IMG/VR virus record: IMGVR_UViG_3300045988_022004
Strand: one strand, 5' to 3'
Source: a virus
DNA: 60,777 nt
Shown here piece by piece: positions 16,093 to 24,444 of the stretch. The translations under genes were made by a program, and so were the position numbers. Positions within the stretch are counted from its first letter, which is position 1. Each line of letters starts with the position of its first letter. The notes under the pieces were generated by a model, which saw only the letters and a list, made by a program, of their open reading frames with translations, did no database searches and was not told where the DNA came from.

Positions 16093-16500
16093 TTATTCTG
16101 ATTTTTTATTCTGCTCTTCTTCACGTCTCTGGCGCATGAAGTCATCAAGCTGAACAAGTATTTTTCTTTCAATGGTGTCCCCGATGCCCGGTATGCTTGT
16201 TAGCCTGTTATACTTGACCCATCCAGACAGCTCTTTAATATTTTTAGCTCCTCTTTTAACTAAAAATTTTCTAGTTCTAGGAGTAATTGACTGAAGGTAT
16301 CTAAGATCATACGGATCTTTATAGACCTCTTCGCCACGAAATAATCGTACCTTAGTAATTATCTCGTATATTCGCTGTGTAGAGACATATTCATCCATTG
16401 CTATCATACGAACACTATCGCCATTCCGCCAACGTTTAAAGATGGCTAAGTCACGTTCGGTTACGGTCCAATTTCCCATTTTTCTCTTTTTGTCGCACAT
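16093..16500 (-). CDS. Putative transcription factor: a sigma region-4-like HTH plus a helix-hairpin-helix resembling the RNAP alpha C-terminal domain.
   Basis: GDSVRMIAMDEYVSTQRIYEIITK (HTH); NIKELSGW...LTSIPGIGDTIERKIL (HhH). Confidence 0.4.
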   Translation of the reverse strand: MCDKKRKMGNWTVTERDLAIFKRWRNGDSVRMIAMDEYVSTQRIYEIITKVRLFRGEEVYKDPYDLRYLQSITPRTRKFLVKRGAKNIKELSGWVKYNRLTSIPGIGDTIERKILVQLDDFMRQRREEEQNKKSE

Positions 16501-16516
16501 AGAAGTACCCTCCTTT

Positions 16517-17203
16517 TTAATTGATTACTTTCTTTATAGCAATATCAATCGTATTCTGTATTGGTGTAGCAGTATCTTTAGCCTTTTCAAGATCGCTCTT
16601 TGTTACAGAGATGCTGAAGACCAAGTTATTTTTGCTGGATTCGAAATGAATTCCTACGGCTGTCATATAAACCTCTAATTCGACGCCTGTTTCTGATTTA
16701 ATAGAATTTAGATCTTTATAGACGGCAGCAACAGAATCAAACATATTTGTTACTATGTCATGCTCTACACTATCATCTTTAGAGAAGTTAATTTCAGCAC
16801 TGTTGGTCGTGACGTCAACCTCTGCTATCGGGACAGACTCAGACTTAATTGTTTTGATGTAATTGTAGATCTCTACTAAATGCTTGGCTACATTTCTTGT
16901 GCCGCATTCTTTTTGATCCTCATCGAGTTTGAACATCAAGAACAGGCTCATACTCTCAGGTTCCTTGTATAACCCTACATCGTTGATGCCATAGATCTTA
17001 GACTTTAAATCTTTGATTCCGAATATTTCCAGGATTTCTTTTTCTGCATCGATTCCCAAACGATCTAAGAGCTCAAACCATATCATATTGCCCGTTAAAA
17101 CTCCATAGTTGCTTTTTACAAGCTCATTCAGTCTGTCCACCAGCACAGCAACAGAAGTTTTTCTATATATTACTAAGTCAGTTCTTAAACAAACTTCTTT
17201 CAT
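16517..17203 (-). CDS. Hypothetical protein; paralog of 17217..17759.
   Basis: Shared N-terminal half (GVLTGNMIW..., EILE.FGI.DL..KIYGI..V.LYK.P). Confidence 0.65.
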   Translation of the reverse strand: MKEVCLRTDLVIYRKTSVAVLVDRLNELVKSNYGVLTGNMIWFELLDRLGIDAEKEILEIFGIKDLKSKIYGINDVGLYKEPESMSLFLMFKLDEDQKECGTRNVAKHLVEIYNYIKTIKSESVPIAEVDVTTNSAEINFSKDDSVEHDIVTNMFDSVAAVYKDLNSIKSETGVELEVYMTAVGIHFESSKNNLVFSISVTKSDLEKAKDTATPIQNTIDIAIKKVIN

Positions 17204-17216
17204 TTTGACTCCTCCT

Positions 17217-17759
17217 TTAATCCATCATTTTCTTTATAGCATCATTAAGCGTATTATCTATTACCATTGTGATGTCTACTGCTTCATCGAGCTCGAATTT
17301 CGGTATCATGATACGGTATACAAGATGGCCCTTAGAAGACTCAATGTTTATGCCATCAGTTGTGATAGTAGCAGCTATTTTGACACCTGTCTGTTCCTGA
17401 AGTGAATTCAGTTTTGCATAGATTTTTGCAAATGCTTCAGCTTCTAACTCTACGTCGGCGTCGAAGTCTCCTTCGTTTTCAACATTGAACTGGAATAGTA
17501 AGTGATCGTTTCTAGGATCTTTATATAAGTCTACTGATTTGATACCATATATTTTGTCCCCTAAATCATGAATACCGAAAGCCTCTAAGATCTCTAATTC
17601 AGCCTCAATATTCAAGCCGTGAAACATTTTGTTCCATATCATGTTGCCAGATAAAACACCATCGGTGCTACTAATAAGTATCTTAAATCTTTTGAGCACT
17701 GCGCTAACAGCATCTCTTTTGCACATGGCTAAGTTACACTTTAAGTAAATCTTTTTCAT
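17217..17759 (-). CDS. Hypothetical protein; paralog of 16517..17203.
   Basis: As for 16517..17203. Confidence 0.65.
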   Translation of the reverse strand: MKKIYLKCNLAMCKRDAVSAVLKRFKILISSTDGVLSGNMIWNKMFHGLNIEAELEILEAFGIHDLGDKIYGIKSVDLYKDPRNDHLLFQFNVENEGDFDADVELEAEAFAKIYAKLNSLQEQTGVKIAATITTDGINIESSKGHLVYRIMIPKFELDEAVDITMVIDNTLNDAIKKMMD

Positions 17760-17895
17760 TTTTCTTCTCCTTTCTTACAAACAGATTTGCCAGGCATTTA
17801 CTGCACAGACTTCGTGCTGGTATACCTTGAAACCATTCTAACTCTGTGAGTTCATTTGGATCGCATTCCTCACCGCATCCATCACATCTATACAT
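17734..17895 (-). CDS. Small zinc-ribbon protein.
   Basis: MYRCDGCGEEC...CSKC. The ATG at 17895 follows GGAACGGAGAC. Confidence 0.5.
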   Translation of the reverse strand: MYRCDGCGEECDPNELTELEWFQGIPARSLCSKCLANLFVRKEKKNEKDLLKV

Positions 17896-18250
17896 TTTTG
17901 TCTCCGTTCCTAAACTTGTATCCTGAGTTGCTAAACGAACCAGCGCCATAAATTTTGTCTAGCATCTGTTTAATCTGCTCAGCTGTCATTTTTGGATTGT
18001 CAGTGTCAAAGTATCCAGTAGGTCTTCCAATGTAGGCTATAACTGGTTTTCCTTTGAACTTGAGCTGGCCATCCATAGTCAGACTTGTGTTGTATTCATA
18101 AACCGCATGATCCTGGAAATAATCAATAGCAGCATCCATATCATCATGACTAACAACAATACAGTCTGCGTCTGGATAATGATTATATGCCGTAGCAATG
18201 TTAATCGAAGCAGTTGCTATACCTGTTATTTTACGATTTGTTCTATTCAT
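17888..18250 (-). CDS. Hypothetical protein.
   Basis: Track ORF with the GGAGTCAAAATG start context. Confidence 0.65.
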   Translation of the reverse strand: MNRTNRKITGIATASINIATAYNHYPDADCIVVSHDDMDAAIDYFQDHAVYEYNTSLTMDGQLKFKGKPVIAYIGRPTGYFDTDNPKMTAEQIKQMLDKIYGAGSFSNSGYKFRNGDKNV

Positions 18251-18347
18251 TTTGACTCCTTCCTACGGTCCTAGACCGCCCTTAGTAGCACCACTGCTGC
18301 CAAGGGTAATCTAATACACCGTCTCTAAACATTATTTGTTCATCGAT

Positions 18348-19316
18348 TCATCTCGGTGATACTTCTCCGTAGATGCAACCATCACAATTGAAATCGATCA
18401 GTAATACTCTCTCATTTTCACCGGTCTCCTCGTTCGGGATCATAACCCACTTGGTAAGGAATGTTACATTGTTGTCATACTTACCGTACTCTGGGTCTTT
18501 CTGACTACGATATTTCCATCCGTGAGTCAGACCAATGTCAGTAGGCTTTAAACCGATCATACGGTATACATCATTCAGTGTAAGGATGCCTTCACATTTT
18601 AACCGGGTATCTGCTTCCTTCTCACGCTGAGCGAGCATAAATTCATTCTGCGGATTGTCATTGAACCATTCAGTAGAGTTCTCTTTTGTGAAGAGTCGTG
18701 CGTACGGTGAGCCGCCGAAGTTTCTGATAATCTCCTGCTCTTCAGTTACTTTCTTTTTCTCACCTGTCTCTGGGTCTGTCTCAGTCTTCTTGACTGTCTT
18801 CTTCTCTGAACCGTACAGCATTTCCTTGTCAACTTCTTCACCATACTTGTTAATTACATTTTGACGGTATGTCTGGTAAGCCTTAGCGATTGCTGCACAA
18901 GATGCTGCTAATGCTGCCTGACGCTGCTTCATAATGTGATGAGATCCGAGAATAAGACCAATAGATACTGCTTCAAGAATGACAGGTCCTGCATAGAGCT
19001 TAATATACTCCAGTGCTGTCTTACGCTTTAAGAGAACCATGTCATTGGTTGCGTCTTCTCTTGTGTAAGCCTGATCAAGAGATTCTGGATCTTCTTCATA
19101 CTTTGCTGCTGTCTCTACAATCTTCTGCTTTGTTGCTTCCTCATTACTCTTTACTGCTGCCACTTTAAGAGTAGCTTTCTGTGTCATGATCAGAGCTCCA
19201 ATGCCTACTCCAATACCTGCAAATAACATGATCTCCGGAGAGTTCATTTTGGTCCAGGCCTTAGTATGACCTACTACTGTTGATAAACTTGTTACTGCTG
19301 TGTCTAATGCTTTCAT
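18348..19316 (-). CDS. Two-TM membrane protein; family member 1 of 3.
   Basis: Two hydrophobic helices followed by AALAA...YxxYRxxV, shared with 22164..22994 and 23011..23838. Confidence 0.65.
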   Translation of the reverse strand: MKALDTAVTSLSTVVGHTKAWTKMNSPEIMLFAGIGVGIGALIMTQKATLKVAAVKSNEEATKQKIVETAAKYEEDPESLDQAYTREDATNDMVLLKRKTALEYIKLYAGPVILEAVSIGLILGSHHIMKQRQAALAASCAAIAKAYQTYRQNVINKYGEEVDKEMLYGSEKKTVKKTETDPETGEKKKVTEEQEIIRNFGGSPYARLFTKENSTEWFNDNPQNEFMLAQREKEADTRLKCEGILTLNDVYRMIGLKPTDIGLTHGWKYRSQKDPEYGKYDNNVTFLTKWVMIPNEETGENERVLLIDFNCDGCIYGEVSPR

Positions 19317-19334
19317 TTATTTGTCCTCCTTATT

Positions 19335-20636
19335 TTAGAAATATGCATACCATTCTTCGCCATTTAAACGATCATCATCATTCTCTGCTGACTCTAATAT
19401 CTTATGAGTGTAGACGAAATCCAAAATATACTTTCCGTCTTCGGTGCGCGGTTTGAATCTTGAAAAGAGATCCTTCCACGGAAGCTTAACAATAAAAGTA
19501 TCTGTGTCCTCAGGAATAATGAAATTCGCATCAGCGAGAATATCGCGAATAGAAAATGTCTTTTTGCCAAGCTTATTAAAGAAGTTTGCAATGAACATAT
19601 CTCTAACCAGTTCGCTGGTAAATACAATTGATGTACATGTTCCAGCATACATATTCATAGAATAGTATACTTCTGCATGTCCTGAAATCTTTGACTCATA
19701 GATAACACATGGACCATGATCAGTCTTGATATTCTTTGATGTCTCAGTACTGGAATCTTTGTAATAGAACACTAATGCATACTTTCTATCTTTTTTAGTT
19801 AATGCAAAGCTTGTAAAGATGTCCTTCCACTGTACTTTTTCTGAAAAGCAATCAGTTTCTTCTGGCAGAGGTATAGAGATATCTGATAAAACATCTCTGA
19901 TAGAAAACGGCTTGTATGTAGCACTGGTAAGCTTTTTAAAGAAGCTATTAGAGAATCGTTTTCTAGCAGCTCTACTGTTAAACAGAATTGTTGTGCACAT
20001 ACCTGGATGCATGTTTGCAGAATAGAACACGTCGACAGAACCAAGATCATTCGATTCATAGACAATTCGCGAATCCGGCGCTTTATAGTTGAATATCAAT
20101 TCATACTTACCGTCATCTTCGTTAATAGAGAAACTATCAAGAACTCTGTCCCAGTACACAAGATCATCCCAATTATTCCATTTGTTTCTTTTTGTGAACT
20201 TGAATTTCATCTCTAATGAAACATCTGCAATAGAAAACTCGGTATATCCTTCGCTAATTATATCGTAAAGTACACTCTCGAATTCTTCTGCAGCGTCCTT
20301 CGTTTCAAAGATTAACTTTGTAGGCATTCCGTTAGGATTCGTTCCTGCGAATATCCATACGCGTCCGTATTCGTTCGAATACCATGTATCCCACAGTTTC
20401 TCTGCTGCATCGCATACTGCGTCCATATCTGTGATCAGATAGTCCAGATAATTCCGAGCTTTCTTCAGATCCTCGACTCCATTTTTCTTCTGGAATCTAA
20501 GCAGATACTTTAAAGTATTCCATAACATTGCAGCCCGCTTTCCTGGCAGGTCCTTGACTACATCATTCAGAATATCAATAGCTTCAACACCTGCAATATT
20601 CTGATAATGCTCTGGATGATTTATATTGTCTGACAT
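19335..20636 (-). CDS. DUF3310-like N-terminal domain followed by three internal repeats of about 95-105 aa.
   Basis: HPEHYQN...EAIDIL...NTLKYLLRFQKKNGVEDLKKARNYLDYL, then a thrice-repeated motif (V.VFYSANM..G.CT.I.F.S...FS.RD.L.D....). Confidence 0.6.
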   Translation of the reverse strand: MSDNINHPEHYQNIAGVEAIDILNDVVKDLPGKRAAMLWNTLKYLLRFQKKNGVEDLKKARNYLDYLITDMDAVCDAAEKLWDTWYSNEYGRVWIFAGTNPNGMPTKLIFETKDAAEEFESVLYDIISEGYTEFSIADVSLEMKFKFTKRNKWNNWDDLVYWDRVLDSFSINEDDGKYELIFNYKAPDSRIVYESNDLGSVDVFYSANMHPGMCTTILFNSRAARKRFSNSFFKKLTSATYKPFSIRDVLSDISIPLPEETDCFSEKVQWKDIFTSFALTKKDRKYALVFYYKDSSTETSKNIKTDHGPCVIYESKISGHAEVYYSMNMYAGTCTSIVFTSELVRDMFIANFFNKLGKKTFSIRDILADANFIIPEDTDTFIVKLPWKDLFSRFKPRTEDGKYILDFVYTHKILESAENDDDRLNGEEWYAYF

Positions 20637-20649
20637 TTTCTATTCCTCC

Positions 20650-20877
20650 TTATGCTCTCTGCATTTTAATTGAAATAACCGTAAGATCCTTTCCACACTG
20701 TGGGCACAATACATAATACTCAAATAATTTTGGAAGTTTTTGTAATACTTGGCGCGCATATCCATCAGGTGTCTTGTGTGGACGACTCTGAATATCTTCT
20801 TTCTCATAAGAGAACTTACAACCGCAGCTATTGCATTCGGCCACGGTTTTAGTTCCTGGTTCAATAATTTTGATCAT
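20650..20877 (-). CDS. Zinc-ribbon protein; paralog pair member A.
   Basis: MIKIIEPGTKTVAECNSCGC...CPQCG. Confidence 0.65.
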   Translation of the reverse strand: MIKIIEPGTKTVAECNSCGCKFSYEKEDIQSRPHKTPDGYARQVLQKLPKLFEYYVLCPQCGKDLTVISIKMQRA

Positions 20878-20879
20878 TT

Positions 20880-21068
20880 CTATTCCTCCTTGTTTACTTT
20901 GTGCTGCTTACCACAACGTGGACATTCGATGTAAGATATAACCGCCTGCAATTTTCCCATACCATAAAGCTTGTCTTTTTTAATATCTTTTTCATCATAA
21001 GAGAATCTGCATCCACAGTTTTCACACTCACCGATTGTCTTGGTTCCACGCTCAATAACTTTAATCAT
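20880..21068 (-). CDS. Zinc-ribbon protein; paralog pair member B.
   Basis: MIKVIERGTKTIGECENCGC...CPRCG. Confidence 0.65.
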   Translation of the reverse strand: MIKVIERGTKTIGECENCGCRFSYDEKDIKKDKLYGMGKLQAVISYIECPRCGKQHKVNKEE

Positions 21069-21706
21069 TAGTCAAGCTCCTCCAATCTTGGCATCTCTAA
21101 TACGTATCCGCCATTTCTAGACTTTCTGATATGTGCTCCGCCAAGCTCATACCATCCGTAACGGAAGTCGTTTGCCTGCGTAGGAATATCAAGTGATTCG
21201 AATACATCACCGACTGATACTGAATCGTACTTGTCAAGATACTCAGTCAAAGTATCCAGTAATGTGTCTGCATCTGCTCTGCTATCGAATATAAGATTAT
21301 CCATTTCGTATCTAGCCCTACCTCGAGGAGCCGATCTACGTCTACTGCGGCTGTCGAATCTATCATCGTATGGTATTCTCTCGATACTTGTACGACTAAT
21401 GTTGCTACGTCCACGTGATCTGCGTCTGGTATCACCGTAGAATGCCATATTGATAGCACCTTCAACCATATCGACAAATGTATCTTTTAATGCTGGAATA
21501 AGCACATCATTGAAGATATATGATCCAACACCTCCTGATTCATCGCTTAAGAACGTCTCTCCGAATTTCTGACTCAGGGATTTTTTCTGAGTTGTTACCC
21601 TGTTCTTTACTACTTTTTCAATCTTCTGACGCTCTTCAGCTTTAGTAGGCTTTCTCTTTGTAGCCTTAGCGCCAGTTGTGATTGAGTTACTTTCAAGTCT
21701 TTCCAT
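21068..21706 (-). CDS. Hypothetical protein with an Arg/Ser-rich centre.
   Basis: The ATG at 21706 has the GGAGTCAAAATG context. The track's upstream extension runs through a terminator hairpin. Confidence 0.65.
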   Translation of the reverse strand: MERLESNSITTGAKATKRKPTKAEERQKIEKVVKNRVTTQKKSLSQKFGETFLSDESGGVGSYIFNDVLIPALKDTFVDMVEGAINMAFYGDTRRRSRGRSNISRTSIERIPYDDRFDSRSRRRSAPRGRARYEMDNLIFDSRADADTLLDTLTEYLDKYDSVSVGDVFESLDIPTQANDFRYGWYELGGAHIRKSRNGGYVLEMPRLEELD

Positions 21707-21731
21707 TTTGACTCCTTTCTTAAACAAAAAG

Positions 21732-21759
21732 TCTAAGACCATGTTTCCATGATCCCAGA
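21732..21759 (-). terminator. GAAA-tetraloop hairpin with a U-tract (GNRA hairpin family, copy 1).
   Basis: 12-bp stem including G-U pairs, GAAA loop, followed by CUUUUUGUUU. Confidence 0.5.
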
Positions 21760-21784
21760 CCCAAGATTCCAAACCTTTTAATTC

Positions 21785-22099
21785 TTACTTTTTTGTGTCT
21801 TCTTCGTCACAATCATCATCCAGCTCTGGATCTTCATCCTCTGCTTCACGATAATCTGCGTCCTTCGAATCCTTCAGTCTCTTCAGGTCGGCTTTCTTTT
21901 CCTTAGCTTTCTCGACCAGCTTCATGCCTCCCTTAATTGCTGCTTTACCCAGCGTATAAGTTCCGACAGCTGCCAGAGCAATTAAGCCAATTCCAAGTGT
22001 ACCTAATGAATCGTCTTTAGTCTCCTCAGTTACAGGCGTCGTAGAAACAACGTCCTCTGATACCATAACCTCTGTGTTCTCGTTCTGTAATTCTGACAT
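21785..22099 (-). CDS. Acidic protein with one TM helix.
   Basis: The ATG at 22099 follows AAGGAGGAC. Hydrophobic stretch GTLGIGLIALAAVGTYTLG; D/E-rich C-terminus. Confidence 0.6.
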   Translation of the reverse strand: MSELQNENTEVMVSEDVVSTTPVTEETKDDSLGTLGIGLIALAAVGTYTLGKAAIKGGMKLVEKAKEKKADLKRLKDSKDADYREAEDEDPELDDDCDEEDTKK

Positions 22100-22136
22100 A
22101 ATTTTGTCCTCCTTAAAATTTTTTTGTATATCTCTC

Positions 22137-22161
22137 ATTATAGAATATGATTTTTTTGCGA
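22137..22161 (-). promoter_or_regulatory. Promoter-like cassette P3: TCGCAA-N13-TATAAT.
   Basis: Consensus geometry, immediately after the stop of 22164..22994. Confidence 0.5.
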
Positions 22162-22163
22162 GC

Positions 22164-22994
22164 CTACATTATCTCACGATAATCAAATCTTGGGTTTGCA
22201 AAATATCCAACAGTCAGGCATGGCTTCCCGTTTCGTAACGTCGAGTCGAACTGAACATCCAGATAAGTGTCAGGAGTCCATCCTACATCATCACCAACTT
22301 CCACATGGTTTGCGTCTACTTCGTCGTAGAATTCATTCAGAGATATAAACATTTCTCCAGAGAGGAATCGATCTTTGATCCTGCTAACCGCCTGCAATAC
22401 ATCATTTCTTGTTGAGTAGAATACGTTGCCGGTGAACAGATCAATACAAACTTCTTTTCCGTCAGGAGCACCTTCAAACTTAGATTCTGGGATCTCCTTT
22501 ACCTGCTCGTCTCTAGCAGCCTTGGTAGCTTTGGCATCAGTCTTCGGGGATACCTTGGCTACGTTTCTACGGTATCTGTCGTACGCATTTGCTGTAAACT
22601 CATACATTGCTGTCATGGCAGTAAGTCTAGCTGTGCTGATCTTATACGATCCAACGAATGCCGAGATACTTAATGCTCCCAAAATTACTGTAGGGACATA
22701 GCACTTCCAGCAAGACTTTACAATCTGCTTAGGTCCAAGTTCTTCAAATCTATAAGCCATATCGGATTTTGCTACAGACATTGGGAGTTCCTCGTATTCA
22801 ATCTCTCCCCTTTCATACCTGTTCGCAATCTCGTCATCCATTTTGTCGATTGCTAATGGTGTAGCTTTGACCGCACTTATTACAGTAGCAGCCAGCCCTC
22901 CAATTCCAGCGATCATAAGAAGCATAGGCGCATTCTTATCGGCAACTACTGGAATCTTGTTTGCCTCCTTGATTAAGTTGTTTAAAAAGCTCAT
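22164..22994 (-). CDS. Two-TM membrane protein; family member 2 of 3.
   Basis: See 18348..19316. Confidence 0.65.
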   Translation of the reverse strand: MSFLNNLIKEANKIPVVADKNAPMLLMIAGIGGLAATVISAVKATPLAIDKMDDEIANRYERGEIEYEELPMSVAKSDMAYRFEELGPKQIVKSCWKCYVPTVILGALSISAFVGSYKISTARLTAMTAMYEFTANAYDRYRRNVAKVSPKTDAKATKAARDEQVKEIPESKFEGAPDGKEVCIDLFTGNVFYSTRNDVLQAVSRIKDRFLSGEMFISLNEFYDEVDANHVEVGDDVGWTPDTYLDVQFDSTLRNGKPCLTVGYFANPRFDYREIM

Positions 22995-23010
22995 TTTGTT
23001 TTCTCCTTTC

Positions 23011-23838
23011 TTATATCATGCTTGACTGATACTCTAAATCTTTGAACCAGCCTTTGGCTTCTCGTTTCTCTGTTTTTGTTGCCATAAATAATCCATGCGG
23101 TAAGTCGAGATATCTTATATAATATCCTTCGCTATTTTCAAACGGTACTAACTGAATATCAATCCATTCGTCAGTCTTATCATTTTCATCCATATCAATC
23201 TTAGACCAACCAACGATGTCTCCAAAACATGTCGGATTTAAATCAAGATCATATCTAAACTGATTCAAAGTCACTGTCTGATTTGGATTCATGACTAATT
23301 TCCTATTTAGTTTTAGTATAGCAGATTCTACTGTTGCTTTATCGGCATAGAATCCTTGGTCTGTCAGGCTGTCAATGAAGAATATCAATCCAGTAGTATC
23401 TACGAATTTTGATTCCTGCTCAGATACTGTTTTCGTTATTGGTGTTCTGCTTGCCTTCCAAATATCTTCTTCTTTTTCTTTACCTACCTCGTGTACTACT
23501 TCGTCTCTATATCTTTTAAAGTTCGCCTGTAAAAGACTCATAGCACCTGCTAATGCAGCGAGCTGTTTCTTATTTAAGAAGTTTGATCCAAAGATGCACC
23601 CTATTGTAGCAGCGCCAACTACAATAGACGGAGCATAAATCGGAGCTACAACCTTTACTTCTTCAATAAACGTAAGCTCTCTATGCTTCTTTTTCTCGAC
23701 CTCATCGATTTTAAGTGTCGCCTTTATAGATGCCTTATTAGTAAGCATATTAGATACGACTACGCCTATAGCCGCACCTATAGACAAGATAGTAGGCATG
23801 TTTCTTTTAATAAAATATCCCACCTGTTCAGTGTTCAT
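23011..23838 (-). CDS. Two-TM membrane protein; family member 3 of 3.
   Basis: See 18348..19316. GGAGTCAAAATG start context. Confidence 0.65.
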   Translation of the reverse strand: MNTEQVGYFIKRNMPTILSIGAAIGVVVSNMLTNKASIKATLKIDEVEKKKHRELTFIEEVKVVAPIYAPSIVVGAATIGCIFGSNFLNKKQLAALAGAMSLLQANFKRYRDEVVHEVGKEKEEDIWKASRTPITKTVSEQESKFVDTTGLIFFIDSLTDQGFYADKATVESAILKLNRKLVMNPNQTVTLNQFRYDLDLNPTCFGDIVGWSKIDMDENDKTDEWIDIQLVPFENSEGYYIRYLDLPHGLFMATKTEKREAKGWFKDLEYQSSMI

Positions 23839-23862
23839 TTTGACTCCTTTCTAGAAAAGCTT

Positions 23863-23886
23863 AAAGGCCATGTTTCCATAGCCTTT
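23863..23886 (-). terminator. GAAA-tetraloop hairpin (family copy 2).
   Basis: AAAGGCUAUG-GAAA-CAUGGCCUUU, then AAGCUUUUCU, then RBS and ATG. Confidence 0.5.
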
Positions 23887-23896
23887 AGCCGATCAC

Positions 23897-24172
23897 TTAA
23901 TGATTCTCACAATGTTTAATGTTGAAATCCACTAATGCTTTGAGGACTTCTGGGTTCTTTACATTCTCATTGATCATCAGGTTGAAACAGCAATTCATTC
24001 CCTGGTCGAATCCTTTATGGTACATCGATTCCATGCCATTTGCAATGCCATGTCCAATACGATTACCAATCAGATAACAACCAGCTAACCATGCTACTGT
24101 TTCAATCTGATCTTTATGATCGTGCACAAACTCCTTTACTCCGTTCAACTTCTGTTTAGTTTCTTCTTTCAT
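23897..24172 (-). CDS. Hypothetical protein with one TM helix.
   Basis: Track ORF; ATG follows GAAAGGAG. Confidence 0.6.
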   Translation of the reverse strand: MKEETKQKLNGVKEFVHDHKDQIETVAWLAGCYLIGNRIGHGIANGMESMYHKGFDQGMNCCFNLMINENVKNPEVLKALVDFNIKHCENH

Positions 24173-24207
24173 TTTAATACTCCTTTCGTGTTAAACAATA
24201 AGTTCTC

Positions 24208-24259
24208 ATTATAATACATGATTTTGTTGCGAAAGAAGAGAGGACCTGAATTAGTCCTC
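24208..24259 (-). promoter_or_regulatory. Terminator-promoter cassette P4: hairpin GAGGAC-N8-GUCCUC, U/C tract, TCGCAA-N13-TATAAT-GAGAAC.
   Basis: Hairpin at 24240-24259, TCGCAA at 24227-24232, -10 box at 24208-24213. Confidence 0.55.
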
Positions 24260-24406
24260 ATCCTCTTTTGAGTCGGTTGACTCTATAGCTTTTACTCTTT
24301 CATCGACTGCTTTATCGATATGCATCTGTGTTAAACAGATTCCTAAGAATCCTGCTATCGCTGTGCATCCGATCTGTCCAATCTTTAACAAAGTTTCTTT
24401 GCTCAT
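24251..24406 (-). CDS. 51-aa membrane micro-protein ending in EDED.
   Basis: MSKETLLKIGQIGCTAIAGFLGICLTQ...KEDED. ATG follows AGGAGGTGATAAA. The stop codon lies in the hairpin loop. It is not in the track. Confidence 0.5.
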   Translation of the reverse strand: MSKETLLKIGQIGCTAIAGFLGICLTQMHIDKAVDERVKAIESTDSKEDED

Positions 24407-24419
24407 TTTATCACCTCCT

Positions 24420-24444
24420 ATTATATACTATGATTTAGTTGCGA
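24420..24444 (-). promoter_or_regulatory. Promoter-like cassette P5: TCGCAA-N13-TATAAT.
   Basis: Overlaps the last codons of 24428..24667. Confidence 0.45.
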
